From Dehalococcoidia bacterium (GTDB taxonomy: Bacteria > Chloroflexota > Dehalococcoidia > Lucifugimonadales > UBA3495), in the NCBI GenBank assembly GCA_965203195.1, contig OZ241860.1, forward strand, positions 210,774-274,773: 64,000 bases of DNA, written 5' to 3'. The translations under genes were made by a program, and so were the position numbers. Under the pieces are notes generated by a model. That model saw nothing but the letters and a program-made list of their open reading frames with translations, searched no databases and was not told the DNA's origin. Shown here piece by piece: positions 63,783 to 64,000 of this stretch; position 1 is the stretch's first letter, and each line of letters starts with the position of its first letter.

Positions 63783-64000
63783 TTATTGACGCCGTTCCAG
63801 GAACAGCGGCATACCCTCGGCCCCGGCGCCGCCGGGGCGCAGGGAAATCAGCGGCAGCATCTTTACCCGGTGGCGGGGGTCGTGGCGGACGCGCCAGCGT
63901 TGCCCGATGGCGGCGAGAATCATTTTGATTTCCATCCAGGCGAAAGCATTGCCGATGCACTGGCGGGGGCCGCCGCCGAAAGGAAAGTAGGCGTAGCGGG
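63783..64000 (-). CDS. Cytochrome P450, C-terminal fragment (continues beyond the window)
   Basis: Hand translation of the minus strand gives ...YAYFPFGGGPRQCIGNAFAWMEIKMILAAIGQRWRVRHDPRHRVKMLPLISLRP...LERRQ*. It is a paralogue of the adjacent P450. Confidence 0.75.
   Translation of the reverse strand, partial: RYAYFPFGGGPRQCIGNAFAWMEIKMILAAIGQRWRVRHDPRHRVKMLPLISLRPGGAGAEGMPLFLERRQ

Overview
High-GC bacterial chromosomal window (GC judged by eye, not computed). Most long antisense or alternate-frame ORFs in the track are GC-driven shadow ORFs. I could support about 70 genes. Gene content suggests Chloroflexota or a similar lineage, but that is a weak inference.

Housekeeping content:
- translation and ribosome genes: rpsP-KH-rimM, rpsT, fmt, dtd, ychF
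- gatC-gatA followed by tRNA-Gln(UUG), plus tRNA-Gly(UCC)
- sucCD and acs
- Moco genes split into moaA-moaC and moaD-moaE
- a hopanoid cluster: polyprenyl synthase, hpnH, hpnG, hpnA, shc

Catabolic enzymes are abundant: LLM flavin oxidoreductases, a CaiB-type CoA-transferase, thiolase, crotonase, acyl-CoA synthetase, epoxide hydrolase, amidohydrolase-2 and tandem P450s.

Accessory content is interspersed:
1. A visibly lower-GC three-gene operon at 57.0-60.3 kb, inserted just upstream of gatCA with its own near-consensus promoter. It encodes a PD-(D/E)xK-like nuclease, an unknown 366-aa protein and an ExeA/AAA_22-like P-loop ATPase. This is my best candidate for an undescribed defence-type system.
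2. A Septu-like PtuA/PtuB pair at 43.3-45.3 kb.
3. A five-gene minus-strand operon at 34.4-38.6 kb: acyl-CoA synthetase, a TrpF-like TIM barrel, a protein I tentatively call dual-OB-like, and two DUF488 genes.
4. Toxin-antitoxin modules: HicAB, a PIN pair, MNT-HEPN and Doc.
5. A roughly 0.88-kb non-coding inverted-repeat pair (2772-3839 and 31832-32710) bracketing about 28 kb of housekeeping genes. One copy carries a 162-bp MITE with perfect 19-bp terminal inverted repeats and a 10-bp target-site duplication. The other copy preserves the empty site.
6. An in-situ tandem duplication of an Uma2-family nuclease gene inside the hopanoid cluster.
7. A long-hairpin candidate ncRNA between fmt and rpsP.

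No CRISPR array, rRNA or transposase gene was seen.
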